A DNA stretch of 63,717 bases, the filler included, from Trypethelium eluteriae (lineage: Eukaryota): NCBI GenBank assembly GCA_051942245.1. It is 2 parts of 2 records of this genome, joined end to end, with 100 filler letters (N's around TTAATTAATTAA, not from the genome) between each part and the next. Parts side by side here need not be neighbours in the genome. Positions count along the whole stretch, not along the records: positions 1 to 31,818 come from JAVECL010000268.1; positions 31,919 to 63,717 come from JAVECL010000269.1. The stretch is one strand, 5' to 3'. Positions within the stretch are counted from its first letter, which is position 1. Every line of letters begins with the position of its first letter. The notes under the pieces were generated by a model that made no database searches, had not been told where the DNA came from, and saw nothing but the letters and a program-made list of their open reading frames with translations. Made by a program: the position numbers and the translations under genes. Positions 23,131 to 36,300 of this stretch are shown one piece after another.

Positions 23131-25944
23131 ATGGCATCGGCTTACCCTGAAGCCGAGGCTTCAAGCTCTTCACCTGGGAACAGAGTTACCTCTGGACTCA
23201 TTGACTTGAAGATCCTGTCTCCTTCTGCGGAAATTCGAGATGGTCTTTCTTTCACCTCTCTTCCTCCATCGACGACGGTAGGCCAATTAAAGGAAAGAAT
23301 TCGTGGAACTCTTCCTTCTCGGCCAGGTAATGACAGACAAAGATTGATATATCGGGGAAGGGTCATGGCAGATGAAACCCAGACTATGAGCTACATCTTC
23401 GGCGAGGAGGCCATCAAACAACAGAAAGAACATACGCTCCACTTGGTTATCCCAGATACCACCACACAGCCAGGGAATACGCCACCTCCAAATAATTCAC
23501 ACAGACAAGCTCAACCAACAACAAATCCCTTTCAAGGCTTCCCGCGTCCAAACCAACCCCCCAATACAGCTCCACTGGCAAATCCTTTTCGGACGATGAC
23601 TGGACAGAGACCAGCTTCCGTCCCTCCCATGCAGGGTATTCACCCTCACAATACTCAAGTACCAAATGTCCCCACCATCCCCGCTCTTCAGCAACACATG
23701 GTCAATATGCATGCTATGCAGCAGCAGCTACATCAGGCACATCAACGAGCAATGGGGGCTCATGGTCACCAGAACAGTAGCCAAGGTCCACCTACCGATC
23801 AAGTTCAGGCAAATCATCCGGGCCAAACCGATGGCCAAGGGCAACGCGTAGGAGAAGGCCAGAATACCAATCAAAGCCAGCTTAACAGTCACCCTGGGCA
23901 GGGTCCCAACAACACTCAGTCCGGATCAGCTCCAAGTGGTCCAGCACAGTTTCCGGGAACACATGGAGGGCCTAACAACTTTACCAGATCAGGTGTTGGC
24001 CCGCGCGGGGAGAGTTGGACAGTTACATTCAATACGACTACTACAATACCTCAAGCTGCACATATGCCGGCGCAGGTACCCCACACGCACGGCCCGATGC
24101 CTGCACAAATGCCGTTCACGACACATTTTCCTTTACCATTCGGCCAGGTGCCTGGCCAAACGCCTGGTCAGATGCCTGGTCAGATGCCTGGCCAACTGCC
24201 TGGTCAAAACTTACAGTTTGGACCATTGCCTCCAATTGGGTTGCCACATCTACCTACAATGAATGCAGTTCAAGTTCCGCAAGCTCATGTGCTTGACGCG
24301 CAGATGACAGACCTAGAGCGATTTGTACAAGAGCAGCAACGTAGGGTTGATGACTTCACCTCGAATCCCACGGACCCTACCGCCAGCGAAGAAAGCGCCC
24401 GCATCCGGAATGACCTTCAAGACGCGATGACGCAACTCCAGTCACTAAGGGCTCAGGCAAGTAATATACCCAATCAACCGAACCACATCGCAAATCGCGA
24501 CCCAGGGTCTTTACAGTTCCAAGGGAACAATCAGAGGACGACAATGCAAAACTCGGGAGAGACTGGTACAAACCAGCATATTGGTCGACAAAACAGCGCC
24601 ATACTGCATAATTCTCCAAATGCCCACAATCATTCTGTCAATGCCGACACGTCAGCTCCAGCACCTCGTGTCTACCTACTCTCATCTCCCACAGGACCTG
24701 AAGCTCTGCTTTTATCACCTTCTGGCACGTACACTTCCTCAGGCGCTTCTCATCAGTTTTTGCCCCTCCAACAGAATGATCCCTATCAACAGCGTCTGCG
24801 CGGGTTTCTGCCCAACATGCCGCACCTGCCGATGGGCACAACACATCCTCAATTCCGTAATGCCTTCCACAGTCAAGACAACCGAAATAACTCTCCTAGC
24901 CAAGGGGCCAATTCCCCTCACGCTGGTGGAGGCCATCTCAACAACCAGCAGCAACCAGCTCGAGCCAGGCAGAATCCAAATCTGGACCAAAATCACCAAG
25001 GCGGCGGTGGCCAGGTGCAGCAGCAGCCACAGCAAGCTCCTCAAGTCCCTCTCTTCCCCAATCAGCAGCCTCGTAACGTCGTCGCACCTGGACAGGTCGC
25101 CCAAGACGCGGCACAAGAGCAGCTGAATCTTGGAGCCATTGCCGGGCACGTCTGGTTTTTGATACGTATCACAGGCTTCCTCTGGCTATTATTCGGTGGG
25201 ACTAACGCTGGATTCGTCCGTCCCTTTATGCTTGGCGTCGTTGCATTCTTAGCATATGCTGCTCAGCAGCAGGGACCTATCAGGCGGTTCGGCGAGCGTA
25301 TCAGGGAACATGTGGAGGGCCTACTCAGGCCTCAGGAAGAAGCAGGCCAGCGTCGACGAGGCGAAGGCGAAGGGGAAGCACCTGCCAACGCGGGTGTCCA
25401 AGGTCAGCCCGCTGCACCTAACTCACCTACTACTACAGTGCGTCAGGCTCCACGTACACAGAGTGAGACCCGACGAGCTTGGGCTAGGGCTCAACTGCTA
25501 GGTGTGGAGCGTGCACTTGCGTTATTCCTTGCCAGTCTATGGCCTGGTGTCGGAGAGCGTCATGTTCAGGCTCGTGAGCGAGAACGACGTCAACGTGAGG
25601 AGGAGGAAGCTAGGCAACGGAGGGAGCAGGAGGAGAGAGAGAGGCTTCGGATAGAAGAGGATGAGGCGAGAGCCAAGGCGGAGGAAGAGTCACGCCGTGA
25701 GAGCCCGGACACGGCAGAAACAGTTGGCCTGAGGTCCCCACCTCCGCCGGGCCAGGAGGAAGGGCTGAGGGAGAGAAGACAAGCGATGACTGAGGACGCG
25801 CAAGAAGCACATATACCGAATGGCTCGGCCGAAACAAAGCATAAGGGAAAGGAACCAGTACGAGGCGAGGAATTGGCAGAGGGAATCGGAAGTGGTGTAG
25901 ATCCGAAGGGGTCTTATCTGCCTGGAGAAGGCCACCAGTCGTAG
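23131..25944 (+). CDS. Ubiquitin-like domain membrane protein (Usa1/HERP-like)
   Basis: N-terminal UBL (TTVGQLKERI, QRLIYRGR, TLHLV); long Q/P/N-rich region; TM segments; LFLASLWPGVGERH; C-terminal coiled coil. Confidence 0.8.
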   Translation: MASAYPEAEASSSSPGNRVTSGLIDLKILSPSAEIRDGLSFTSLPPSTTVGQLKERIRGTLPSRPGNDRQRLIYRGRVMADETQTMSYIFGEEAIKQQKEHTLHLVIPDTTTQPGNTPPPNNSHRQAQPTTNPFQGFPRPNQPPNTAPLANPFRTMTGQRPASVPPMQGIHPHNTQVPNVPTIPALQQHMVNMHAMQQQLHQAHQRAMGAHGHQNSSQGPPTDQVQANHPGQTDGQGQRVGEGQNTNQSQLNSHPGQGPNNTQSGSAPSGPAQFPGTHGGPNNFTRSGVGPRGESWTVTFNTTTTIPQAAHMPAQVPHTHGPMPAQMPFTTHFPLPFGQVPGQTPGQMPGQMPGQLPGQNLQFGPLPPIGLPHLPTMNAVQVPQAHVLDAQMTDLERFVQEQQRRVDDFTSNPTDPTASEESARIRNDLQDAMTQLQSLRAQASNIPNQPNHIANRDPGSLQFQGNNQRTTMQNSGETGTNQHIGRQNSAILHNSPNAHNHSVNADTSAPAPRVYLLSSPTGPEALLLSPSGTYTSSGASHQFLPLQQNDPYQQRLRGFLPNMPHLPMGTTHPQFRNAFHSQDNRNNSPSQGANSPHAGGGHLNNQQQPARARQNPNLDQNHQGGGGQVQQQPQQAPQVPLFPNQQPRNVVAPGQVAQDAAQEQLNLGAIAGHVWFLIRITGFLWLLFGGTNAGFVRPFMLGVVAFLAYAAQQQGPIRRFGERIREHVEGLLRPQEEAGQRRRGEGEGEAPANAGVQGQPAAPNSPTTTVRQAPRTQSETRRAWARAQLLGVERALALFLASLWPGVGERHVQARERERRQREEEEARQRREQEERERLRIEEDEARAKAEEESRRESPDTAETVGLRSPPPPGQEEGLRERRQAMTEDAQEAHIPNGSAETKHKGKEPVRGEELAEGIGSGVDPKGSYLPGEGHQS

Positions 25945-26634
25945 ATGTTGTGTCACGTTTCTGTCGAAGTGTGGTGGGGCGTTGGCGATCGGAGTTGGAC
26001 GTCCCTGGTATGCATAGACATCCTAAAACTCTGAGATGTTTGAGCGCGGTTTCGGCAGTACGGAGTTATAATGCCCTACGCAACTTGTGTAGAAATCGTT
26101 CTCGGCTGCAGAGTGCATATGTATTAATTGAACGAGTTCGCCGAAATACTAGACGAGGTTGAACGGTTCATCAGGTTAGATTCTATTCTCATTCCATTCC
26201 ATTCCACGTGTTCGCCATCATGTTGCTTTTGCGTGTTCCGGAGGTTCTGGACGGCGTTCGATGCCCTTCTAGTCACGTGCAAGGCTGCTGCCCGCAGTCG
26301 ACGGCCCACACCCGCAGCTCGCTTAATTCTCGGTCGATGAGCTCGGCCTCTTCAGAATCTTCACTTCCCCTCCCAAATCACTGCGCACCATCGCGTAAGG
26401 CCCGGCGAAAGGTATCAACACAACTCACAATTCACTTCTTCACTTGTCCTCGCTTACACACCCTACCCCGCCATTCAGCGCAAATATAAGTCCCGCAGAA
26501 AACCAAGATTTCAAGGGTTCGACGCACCCTCAACGATTCACTCCTCTACTACCTTTCTGACTCCCCCAAGTGATAACCCGCTCCTCTCCAAGACACCAGC
26601 ACAAGATCGAGCAACATCCAACCAAACTTCGATC

Positions 26635-28622
26635 ATGTCAGGTATCGATGTCGAAGCACTCCTCGAGTCCGCTGAGGATGCGAGCCGCCGCAACTCCGCC
26701 ACACTCTCCGCCGAGCGTGATGGTGGCACCCAAGATGGCCGCACCGAACGCCGCGACCGCGACCGCGAACGGCGTCGTGACGACAGTAGAGATCGTGACC
26801 GGGATCGCACCCGTCGCGATCGATCTCGCAATCGTGGGAGGAGCAGCCGTGATGGAGGCGAGGATATGAGTGACAGAGGTAGTACCACTGGCAGCCACAA
26901 GAGCCGACGTCGGAGTAGGACTCGAGACGGCCAACACTACCGTCGAGATCGCTACAAAGACTCTCTTGATTTCGATGATGCTTACAAAGATTCAGGTGGC
27001 GACTACTATCGCGGTGGAGGTCGCGCTCGTTCCCGATCTAGATCCCCTCACGATGACAGGTACTACCGTCCCACTGGCCGTAGCCGCCGCGATAACGATG
27101 ATGATACTCGCGAACGTCGCCGCGATACCGATCGTCGTGATCGTGACCGTGGTGGCCGCGACCGCGACCGCGAGCACGGTAAGCGCCGTTCCCCTAGCCA
27201 GCGTCGCAGGTCTCATACCCCGCCACCGACCGAGGATGAGCGTGATCGTCGCACCGTATTTGTACAACAACTTGCAGCACGTCTTCGTTCTAGGGAATTG
27301 AGAGCATTCTTCGAGAAAGTCGGCACCGTCATTGATGCTCAGATCGTCAAAGATCGAGTCAGTGGACGCTCCAAAGGGTCAGTAGCAATAATGTTCTTCC
27401 ATATCCTATGGATCTTGGCTGACCGTGTACAGTGTTGGTTACGTTGAGTTCAAAGACGAAGAATCAGTACCAAAAGCGATTCAGCTCACTGGCCAGCAAC
27501 TTCTAGGCATCCCCATTATTGCTCAGCTCACTGAGGCCGAGAAGAATCGTCAAGCACGCACTTCTACTGTTAGCGGCAACGCACATGCCAATGGCGTGCC
27601 ATTCCACAGGCTCTATGTAGGCAACATTCATTTCAGCATCACTGAGTCTGATCTGCAGAACATCTTTGAGCCATTTGGAGAACTCGAATTCGTCCAGCTG
27701 CAAAAAGAAGACCAAGGCCGAAGCCGTGGCTATGGATTCGTTCAGTAAGTACTGTCCTCCCGTTATGAGTCCTAAATAACGCTGACTGTTTAGATTCCGT
27801 GATCCAGCTGCTGCGAAGGAAGCTTTGGAGAAAATGAATGGGTTTGACCTTGCAGGACGGCCAATCCGGGTCGGCCTGGGCAACGACAAATTTACTCCGG
27901 AATCTACCCAAGACCTTCTGCAGCGCTTTCCCAATCAAGCTAATGGATTTCAAGGCTCCGCGTTTTCAGGATCCGGAGGACGTGGCACCCAAGCTGGAGG
28001 TAGCAGTAACTTCGACCGCGCTGGTGGACGTGGTGATGATAAGGGTGCCAGCGGTGCAAGCGCACTCGATGATACTGACGTTGCAGGCGTCAATTTCTCC
28101 AACTACTCGCGTGATGCTTTGATGAGGAAGCTAGCACGTGCAGATGAACCTGCTGAGTCGTCGAGTAGTACCGATAGGCGCTCAACCACGAGAACCCGGA
28201 ATGAGAGGACGACGCTACCTGTAAATGTTCCCCAGTATAGCCGCTGCATCGTCTTGAAAAACATGTTTGGTCCTAAAGATTATGAGTAAGTTTTATTTGA
28301 CTCCGTCCTGGTCCATCTACTGTTCATCTCTTAAATACAGAATACTAATTACTCATGTAGGAATCAAGACCCTACCGCCTGGAAGAAAGATTTGGAAAAC
28401 GAAGTCAAAATCGAATGCAGCGACAAATACGGCAAAGTCGTCCACATCGCTACCCAAGAAAACGACGAGGGCGCAGTCTACTTGAAGTTCCAAACTGTCA
28501 CTGGGGGCGAAAACGCTGTCAAGGGCCTCAATGGCCGCTTCTTTGGAGGGCGCACTATCAGTGCTGAGCCAGTTGTAGACGCCGTGTACAGCTCCAATTT
28601 CCCGCGCACTCGATCACTGTAG
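26635..28622 (+). CDS. pad-1: Splicing factor Pad-1 / RBM39 (RS/RD region, two RRMs, UHM), 4 exons
   Basis: [48 protein letters not shown]; three GT-AG introns. Confidence 0.93.
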
Positions 28623-29779
28623 GTGCTTCGGAGCATCGACTTGGCTCACTGCCAGCAGGACCTTCTCTAAGCCGATTTACCTCTTCCGCTAGTTTCTCTT
28701 GCTTCCTTCAGTTCGGCGGTGGTCGACATTTCTCCCTCAGACGATTTACTCATTCGCATTGCGACCGGTTTACATTCGACAATGGGAACACGAAACTGCG
28801 TTCAATGGGCTTGCTTGTCCTGCCGCGTGACAAGCACCTCAGAACATGGTGAAACTACCTTCCCTTTTATTTCATCTGACTTCCCTTTTAATCTGCATTG
28901 AGCACAGTTCCCCGAAAATATGGTGTTATGAAGGTGGTGGTCTGCTTGAATTAGTCGTTGCTGAGTTTCGCCAGCCCTCACGTCACTATTCCACCGTGGC
29001 AGGGCGTAGACGAAGCCTCAGTCTGTTGTTGCCTGCACCTCGAGACATGAGCGCCGGGAATGGCCATTTCCCGGATCTCTTCCAATGACACTCCTCGACT
29101 GTTACTGGATAGGTGGAAGGCCTTTCGCGGTTCATTGATCACGGCGGCGGATTCGGATTGATTCTCAGAAGGAAAGGAGGAATGTCAGTCTACAACGGGA
29201 TTAGTCACTTCGGATACCTACAGCAGAACAGCTTACGCTGTGATATAATTATTTCACACACACTACCATACTTACTTTCTACAGCCTAGGGAGGTCGCAA
29301 GACTTTGCTACACAAATTATCGATCGGTCAGGGGCATCAACTATGTTGTTAGCTCTTCTCCGGTCGACGACTACATTTTGGACCCTGGAATCTAGGATCA
29401 AGATCTATGTGGCACGGCGAATCTTGCTCGGATAGGAGTTCTAGACTATGCTTCTCACTCGTTCCGCGGCATATCTTACTCTGGAAAATGGATATGGACA
29501 ACGATACTTAACATCGCAAAATGAACCTATTGAGGAGTGATGGGCAGTCTTATCGTACTGCTTTTTCTTTTTTCAGGCTCAATCATTTGCTGCAACTTGG
29601 TTTGGAACAGCGATTGAGGGTGCACTACAGCATGGCATGACCAAAAGGAGGTTGGGCGGCAGTCTACATCGCTGGCATTTGCATTGTGTGAGTCACAGTG
29701 CCCAGCTTTGGGGAAATGCAATGCACACCTTATTTTTGAAAGCGTAGTATTAGGCCCAGACTACATGCGATAAATAGTC

Positions 29780-30310
29780 TGTGTGCCATACTCTTTCCTG
29801 CTGCAACTTCTCTTACGCCCGTGACCCGTGGTACTTCATCCATGCGCGAAAAAGACATATCAGGAGTATTATTCAAAGTCTGATCCTGAATCGTCAAAGT
29901 GGCAACCAGCAGCGTGCGGCTGCCATGCTCTTGCAAAATGGTGCATCACATTCCGGATGCTCAAGGCCTTATTCACAACCATCCTGGGAAACACTGCGTG
30001 TTCCTGCACTGACTTGATTGGTCAGGTCACCAAAGCTTCGTGTCATCTTATCTAAGTGCATCTTGCGTATGGTGCATATCTAGATGAACATGGAAAATAC
30101 TCAGGACGTTTTAACATTATTCGTGGACTCGAACGGCAGTGTCTCTGCTCGGCTCCTTTTCAGGAATGCTCGCTACAATTTCCATCCTTTGGTGTGCCTG
30201 ACCACCTATCGTTGGTATGCTCAACGTGGGATCGATCAATTATTCTTGCGCTGCCCTGCCCGCATCTGGACTTCCGTGCCGCATGCTTTGAATGGTATGG
30301 CATTATGTGA
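29780..30310 (+). pseudogene. Possible fragmented or short multi-exon Cys-rich gene (weak esterase/SGNH-like resemblance)
   Basis: Short frames with WQPAACG, LKALFTTILG, CLCSAPFQEC; no clean gene model could be built. Confidence 0.2.
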
Positions 30311-31347
30311 CTTTCCGTAACACCCATCATGGATCCAACCACCCATCTCCATCCTTACTTTCCCAACGTGACGTCCGGACTCTACAAATAGAACCGTTCC
30401 ACGCATATCCTCGGGTAACACCGATGTCTTGATGTTGCTGCTGCCCAGCGTGCTGACCTTTGTAGCGGTTCCTCTGAATTATTCAATGTTGTTGGTTCTG
30501 CATCCGTCCAACTTGGCGACAAAGGTTTCTGCGAACTTGAATCAGCCAGAAACTATGAATTCGGCCGGTGGATATGAAGATGGAGCCAGAAGTGCTGTTG
30601 GCCGATGAGAGTGCCATTAAAGGGAGAGATGGTACGACTGATGGTCGGTCTACCTCAGACGACGCGTCGAATCGAATAACAATCGCTTCGTCTTGGGAAT
30701 CATCCTCTCAATGTTAGGAGAGCCCGCTCTCCTATGGAGAACGCAGAGCAGCCACTAATTCAAATCGGATATCCCCTAGGATTGGGCTAGCTTCGCGGCA
30801 GTGCCCATCGCTTGAAGCATACGCGTAGACCTGGTAGAGCTGGTCCGGAAGTTGAATTGACGAAGACAACTGCAACCAAGATCCAACGCAAGCTTCTGGG
30901 AGTCCTGCTGAAGATGAAGCCAACCAAAAGAAAAGAAAAGCTCCAGATCGTCGGCGTGCGTCTTCGCTGACAATGTGCAAGAGGCCGCGATAGATTTTGG
31001 GAGGGCTCCAAGTCCTGCATGCTAAGGTGCCAGAACAAGCAATACTTCTTGGATGGCATATGAGGCCCTTTATTTGTTTGTGGCCTCCGTTTGATCGCCA
31101 GGGGGCTCACTCCTGGCATGCTCAGTGTGACCCCACTTGCGAGGGTCATAATTAGTTGCCAAAGGTCGTTCTATGCGGTTATTTCTCTCCGGTGCGGATA
31201 TCTCTAGAACGGCGGCAGATCGGGGAGAGGGGGCTGGGGGATTTGGTGTTATGCTTCAACAGGCGCAGGCTGGGTGTTAATCTCTCGAGTTCGCCCTCAT
31301 CCACTTTGCTTACAATAGCAGATGCAGGCTGGCCGTGACTTTGCTGC

Positions 31348-31818
31348 TTGGGACATGCTCGCTTCACAACGGATATCATGGCCGACACGTCGGTACAAAA
31401 GGGGTTCCTCCTTCGTTCTCCGTTGTCCACCCATCAACCGCTATCATCACCACCCATTTCGGCTTCTTACTCTCCTGCACTGGAAGGCCCAGCTTCGATC
31501 TTGCTCACCTCTTCAACGTCTCAAACCCATCGCTTCCTCGACCCGCTGATCCCGCCCCGCTCTCTCCCGCGCAGCCGCGCCGACATGCGCACGCTAGTCC
31601 GCGAGTCGTTCGCGCTGCAGCTGCTGCTCGAGCAGCGCGCGTCCGAATATGTGGTGGACTACGACCGGGCGGATGCCGGGGTGCGCCGCGGCTCCGCGCT
31701 GGTGTGTTTCATCCACCGCTGCTCAACACGCTGGGCCATCATCTGCAGCGGCGGGGAGGAGGGCCAAGTGGGTGAAGTTCGGGGTCACCCCCCTGGTGGT
31801 CCAGAGGGACTACCGGAT
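31348..31818 (+). CDS. Hypothetical protein truncated by the gap
   Basis: GC-rich open frame running into the N spacer; no recognised motif. Confidence 0.35.
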
Positions 31819-31918
31819 NNNNNNNNNNNNNNNNNNNNNNNNNNNNNNNNNNNNNNNNNNNNTTAATTAATTAANNNNNNNNNNNNNNNNNNNNNNNNNN
31901 NNNNNNNNNNNNNNNNNN
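31819..31918. other. Artificial contig-joining spacer
   Basis: 44 N + TTAATTAATTAA (stops in all six frames) + 44 N, exactly 100 nt. Confidence 0.97.
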
Positions 31919-33348
31919 GATCCGGAGTCTGCGCCGGATGTCGATTCTTGTGTATCCTGTGAATCGGCTCGGCGCTTGCGTTTGCGACCTCGAGTGGAAG
32001 CTTGTCGGGTTTGTGTATTGCTTGAGTTCTGAACAGACTCGCTCGCGAGCCGGGGATCCAAGGGTATGGCAGGTATCGCGAAGCCTTCAGCGTCTCGGCG
32101 AGGTTCCTGAGTTGGAGCCGGAGTGGAAGTTGTTGGTCGTGGATTGGCAGCAGAAGCGCTTCGGGACGTTACTCCCCCCAGCAGAACCCGGTCCCATATT
32201 GAAGTGCTCCCTTGCGCTTCACCTTGGGCTTCGGCAAGCAAGCTCGCCGACCTCTTTTGCTCTTCTTTGTAACGTTTCTTCTCTTCTTTGATCTTCGTTT
32301 CAAAGAGGACCGGAGGATCGTGTGCGATTTTGAGATTGGGACCGTACTGTCGAAACTGTTCAACTGTCAGAGCTCCGCTAGTTGTCCGATCAAATTCATC
32401 CAATCGCTTCGCTATGGTCATATCTGCAACTTTGACGACATAAACGACTTCTCGCACTGTTCTTCGGAAGTTATTCATGCGAGCGGCAAGGATGAGGCTG
32501 GCACCACAGAGACCCGCAGGTCGGCGACCCGTAACCATCCAATCCCTCTTCATTCGCTTGATGATCTTTGCAGCATCCTCAGCAACCTTGTATGTGTGAG
32601 CACCAAACTCTAAGCGTCGAGCATATTTGAGAACAAGCCTTTCGACTTCAACGAAAGGCGTGATATCGTCTTTCTTGACTCCACCGTCCATGTAAAGCAT
32701 CTTGGCGAGCTCCTGGTACGTCTGACCAAGTTTATAGACGTTGGTTTTGACTGCTTCTGCGAGATCCATAAGAAGCGTATTATTCTCTTTGTCGGTTCTG
32801 CAAGCTAAATAGAGGGCGACTGCAGCGACAGTTGAAGTTGATCGGCCATAAGTAAAGTTATTGATCAGAGCAAGCTTCATGTAATTGAAGGCTCCATCCT
32901 TGACGGATTGTTGAAGTCCAAGAGACGAGGCAATTCGGGCAATCTCTTGCTGGAAATGTTGATGTGTTTGCTCCCTGCTCGTCAATCCCCCGCCGACTTT
33001 ACGATTAATGGACGCTCCATGTGTTTTTGCATGCCGTTGACCTTCCCCAATATATCCTCCTTGGACCACGGCGGCACCAGCCGACGTTTCGCCAAAAGTG
33101 ACTTCAGCAACAATGTTGTCCTGGCTAATGATGCTCCCACAAGTCTCGCAGACACGTTCGCCATCGATTTCGACAGGCTTTGGATTGGCACAATCTGGAT
33201 TGGTACATACATTTTTGGGCGTCGGACGCGGGGGTTGATACAGGGTTTTCGCCGCGGTTTGGACGTTTTCATTTTGTTGGGTCCTCTCATTCTCCTCGAG
33301 GTGTTCTTCTGGGGGGCGGCGCGGTCGAGGGGTTGCAGAAGGCGCCAT
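31919..33348 (-). CDS. BRF1: TFIIIB subunit Brf1, 3' end lost in the gap
   Basis: Zn ribbon CTNPDC...CETCG, NIVAEVTFGE, two cyclin folds, RMKRDWMVTGRRPAGLCGA, RRTVREVVYVVKV. Start ATG 33348 is likely; 33507 is the alternative. Confidence 0.95.
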
Positions 33349-36300
33349 AGTAATTGAATGCGATACACCGATGGACGTATGCCGGGGGATATTGGGTCGA
33401 GGCGTGGTATCAATCGAGCCCTTGGACAAGCAGATGGATGGCGTAGGCGGGGCGGGGAACTCACTCTTGCTAGGCGAAAGGCGGTGAGTCACATATTCCG
33501 ACGGCATGACAATCGGTTTGCGGGTTCGAGTCGCACTCTCACACTTGAACTTTTACTTTTGTCAATAGAATTACCCCTATGCCAGCCCCGCTCTTGTTCG
33601 TGGCTGTCCCACCTCAGTGAGGTCGAAACCTGGACGTCAACATGAAGACATTCCTTGGTTCCGTCGAGTTTGTCACTCTGCATCTTTATGCGCCTTTCCT
33701 ACTCTACACCTCCGTTCACGCTCTGCGAACACGTATTTTCTCCACGTGCGATGCGAACGTCAGCATACTTGTCAATCAGTCGGCCTGATGCATCGAGCAA
33801 GCTATGTACTCCGTATATGGCAAATATCAGGAAATGCAGTCTGCATGCGCCGGGCAGACACCAGCGTCGAATAAGGCGACTTAGCAATCCCTGGCGAGCC
33901 AAGGAACCTTTGCAAGATCGTACTCATGAGACAAAAATGCTCTATCCCCCACAAACTGATGACAAAGACAGTAAATATGCGGATTCAGAACACGCTAAAC
34001 TGACCGAGTCGCAGGGCTAAAGATGACCAAACAACTCCCACCCCTACCGCATCGAGTATCCTGGAACGTCGAAGATCATCTTTATTCGGGGACTCAAAGA
34101 CCACGCGGTAGGGTGCTGATCCAAAAAAGCCATATTTGAAGCCAGTGTCTAGAACTCTCGGCCACGACCGTCTGACCCAAACATCTGGTCTGAATGGCCT
34201 CGCGAATACCTAGTCCATCAAACGTCACATCCCTAGCAGTCATCACGGCTCAACTTTCTAGGAAGAGAACATTGTCTACCCTGAATAAGTGAATGGTCAT
34301 AAAATGAGCTGAGTTTACGTCCTCAGTAAGACACCCTGATCAAGCTCGGTAAAGCTACCCCTCGCTTTATCCGCACGTAGATGAGGCATTAAATGTCATG
34401 CTTGGCCACGAGAGGAGACCTCGCTCTGGAATCGCCAAAACAGGGTCCTACGCCTTGAGATTGGCCCCAAAAACTAAGATCTCGGAATTCTGGATACCAC
34501 AGAGATCAGGCCCTATTGCCGCATTGTGATCTGCTGACAAGCAAGGCGGGAGGAAAGAACTCGAAATGGATCGCCCCACATCCCATCAACATGCCTCTCC
34601 TATGGCAAACCCCGTACATCTAGAGGTCTGTTGGCCTTGAATCCTATGGCTGTCGTCATATCTTTGACGCCTTTACTTGTGGCCTGATTTTGTGGTGCTC
34701 ACACGTGGCGTAGCATTTTTTGCCATCAGGTGAAATGATGGAACCTCTGGAAAAAGTCACCGAATTGCCGTTCTGTATAACTTCACAGTGAACTCGGACT
34801 GTACCTGGAATGGGGATTGGACGCAAGTATGTCACATTCAGTGCTCTCGAAACTCCACCCGGGGGCCCGTGGCTGGACCTTGGTCAACTAATGTAATTAT
34901 TATCACACAATATCTCAAGAGGGACATACGCGAAGTAATCAGGTCCGGCCATTGGCATCAACGGACTGAAGGCGCAAGAAGTGAATTGATCTTCCGTTTA
35001 AGCATTAGTCTGGCAGTGGCATCCGAGATTCACGCCAATAGTCAGAATTACCGAACAGCAGTGATACACCAGCTCCATGCAGCGCTCCTAGTAGAGGGAC
35101 GACAAGTCAGACAAGAACACATTGGAAGACTTCTTTTGACAAAGAACAAAATACCAATGTTGTTTGAGTACTCATGACCTAAATAAATTTCCATCGTTGC
35201 TGTGCCGGTCATTGAGGCATCGACGATCTTTGCGCGTCTCATTACGTCAATATCGAATTGCTGCCGAGAATGAGCTTCGTACTTAGGTGGCTGTGTCCTG
35301 GGAGAAATTGGCTTACCTGCTCTCCGTTCCTCCTCTCGTGCGTCTGTACAAAGACATCAAGACCAGCTCGTATCAGCGAGATCGCCTTATCTGGCTCGAC
35401 GGACATAGTTTGAACTGCCAAATTCAATGAAGGAAGAACAAACTTCTTGTATCTGCTATGCCGGACCTTTTCTGGCTCGGTATTTGTCTAGTAAAACGTC
35501 CGGAGAAACTTTGGTTTGATAGATAACAGTGCTAACACATTTTCATAGAGCATTGCGGCTGGTGCACCCCGCATTCGCTCAATCCGCCCGAATCCTTCGC
35601 ATGTCGTACACTGGCATGATGCACAGGGCATAGACTACTCTAGTTTTGCGAAGATCCGAATCCTACGCCGAGTCCTCTACTGTACAGCCTAAAGCATTAG
35701 GAGGCTTAAGTAAGACGTGAAACTCTATCCGCCTCGGCAAGCTTCCTCTGTCAGCTCAACGCGCTTGACTTTTGCTGGTCCAACGTACAGACCTCTATAA
35801 GCGTTCACTGCTTCATGCCCATTCACTCTTCTGTCTGCTACAACGACGTTGCGGAGAGTCCATCCTACAGTCTCGAGGTATGCAACAGGTTTTCGATGGC
35901 CTACTGCCACATCAGCCCTTCTGACAGAAAGTTGCGACGCAGTATCTGCGCCAAAATAGATGACCAGCAATGCAATAGCACAAGAGTATTCTACCTTCAA
36001 AATTTGCCCTGCATAGATAAGCAAACTAGCGGGTAGGGGGAACCCTTTCGGCGTATCAAAACGCCTCCCCCCGGGCAAACTAAGTGGTATCGCTTAGAAC
36101 ACCAACATCCCGCTTTCACCTCAATTCACCTGGCCTGAGATCGGCCTTCTACCTCTCATGGCGCGATGCCCAATGTCTACATCCTGACTGCCGGGCTTAC
36201 GAGAAGTATGCAGCTTAACTCTTTTGCTTAGCTAGTCTGTTGTGAAAGAGGACGCTATCGTAGAGTACGTTGCCGTGTTGTATGTAAGTCCGACACATCC

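Noticed and set aside
26538..27301. Overlapping Arg/Ser- and Ala/Val/Thr-rich ORFs
   Set aside because: By-products of the RS/RD low-complexity region of Pad-1.
31863..31874. TTAATTAATTAA palindrome as a biological site
   Set aside because: Sits centred in N runs; standard assembly linker.
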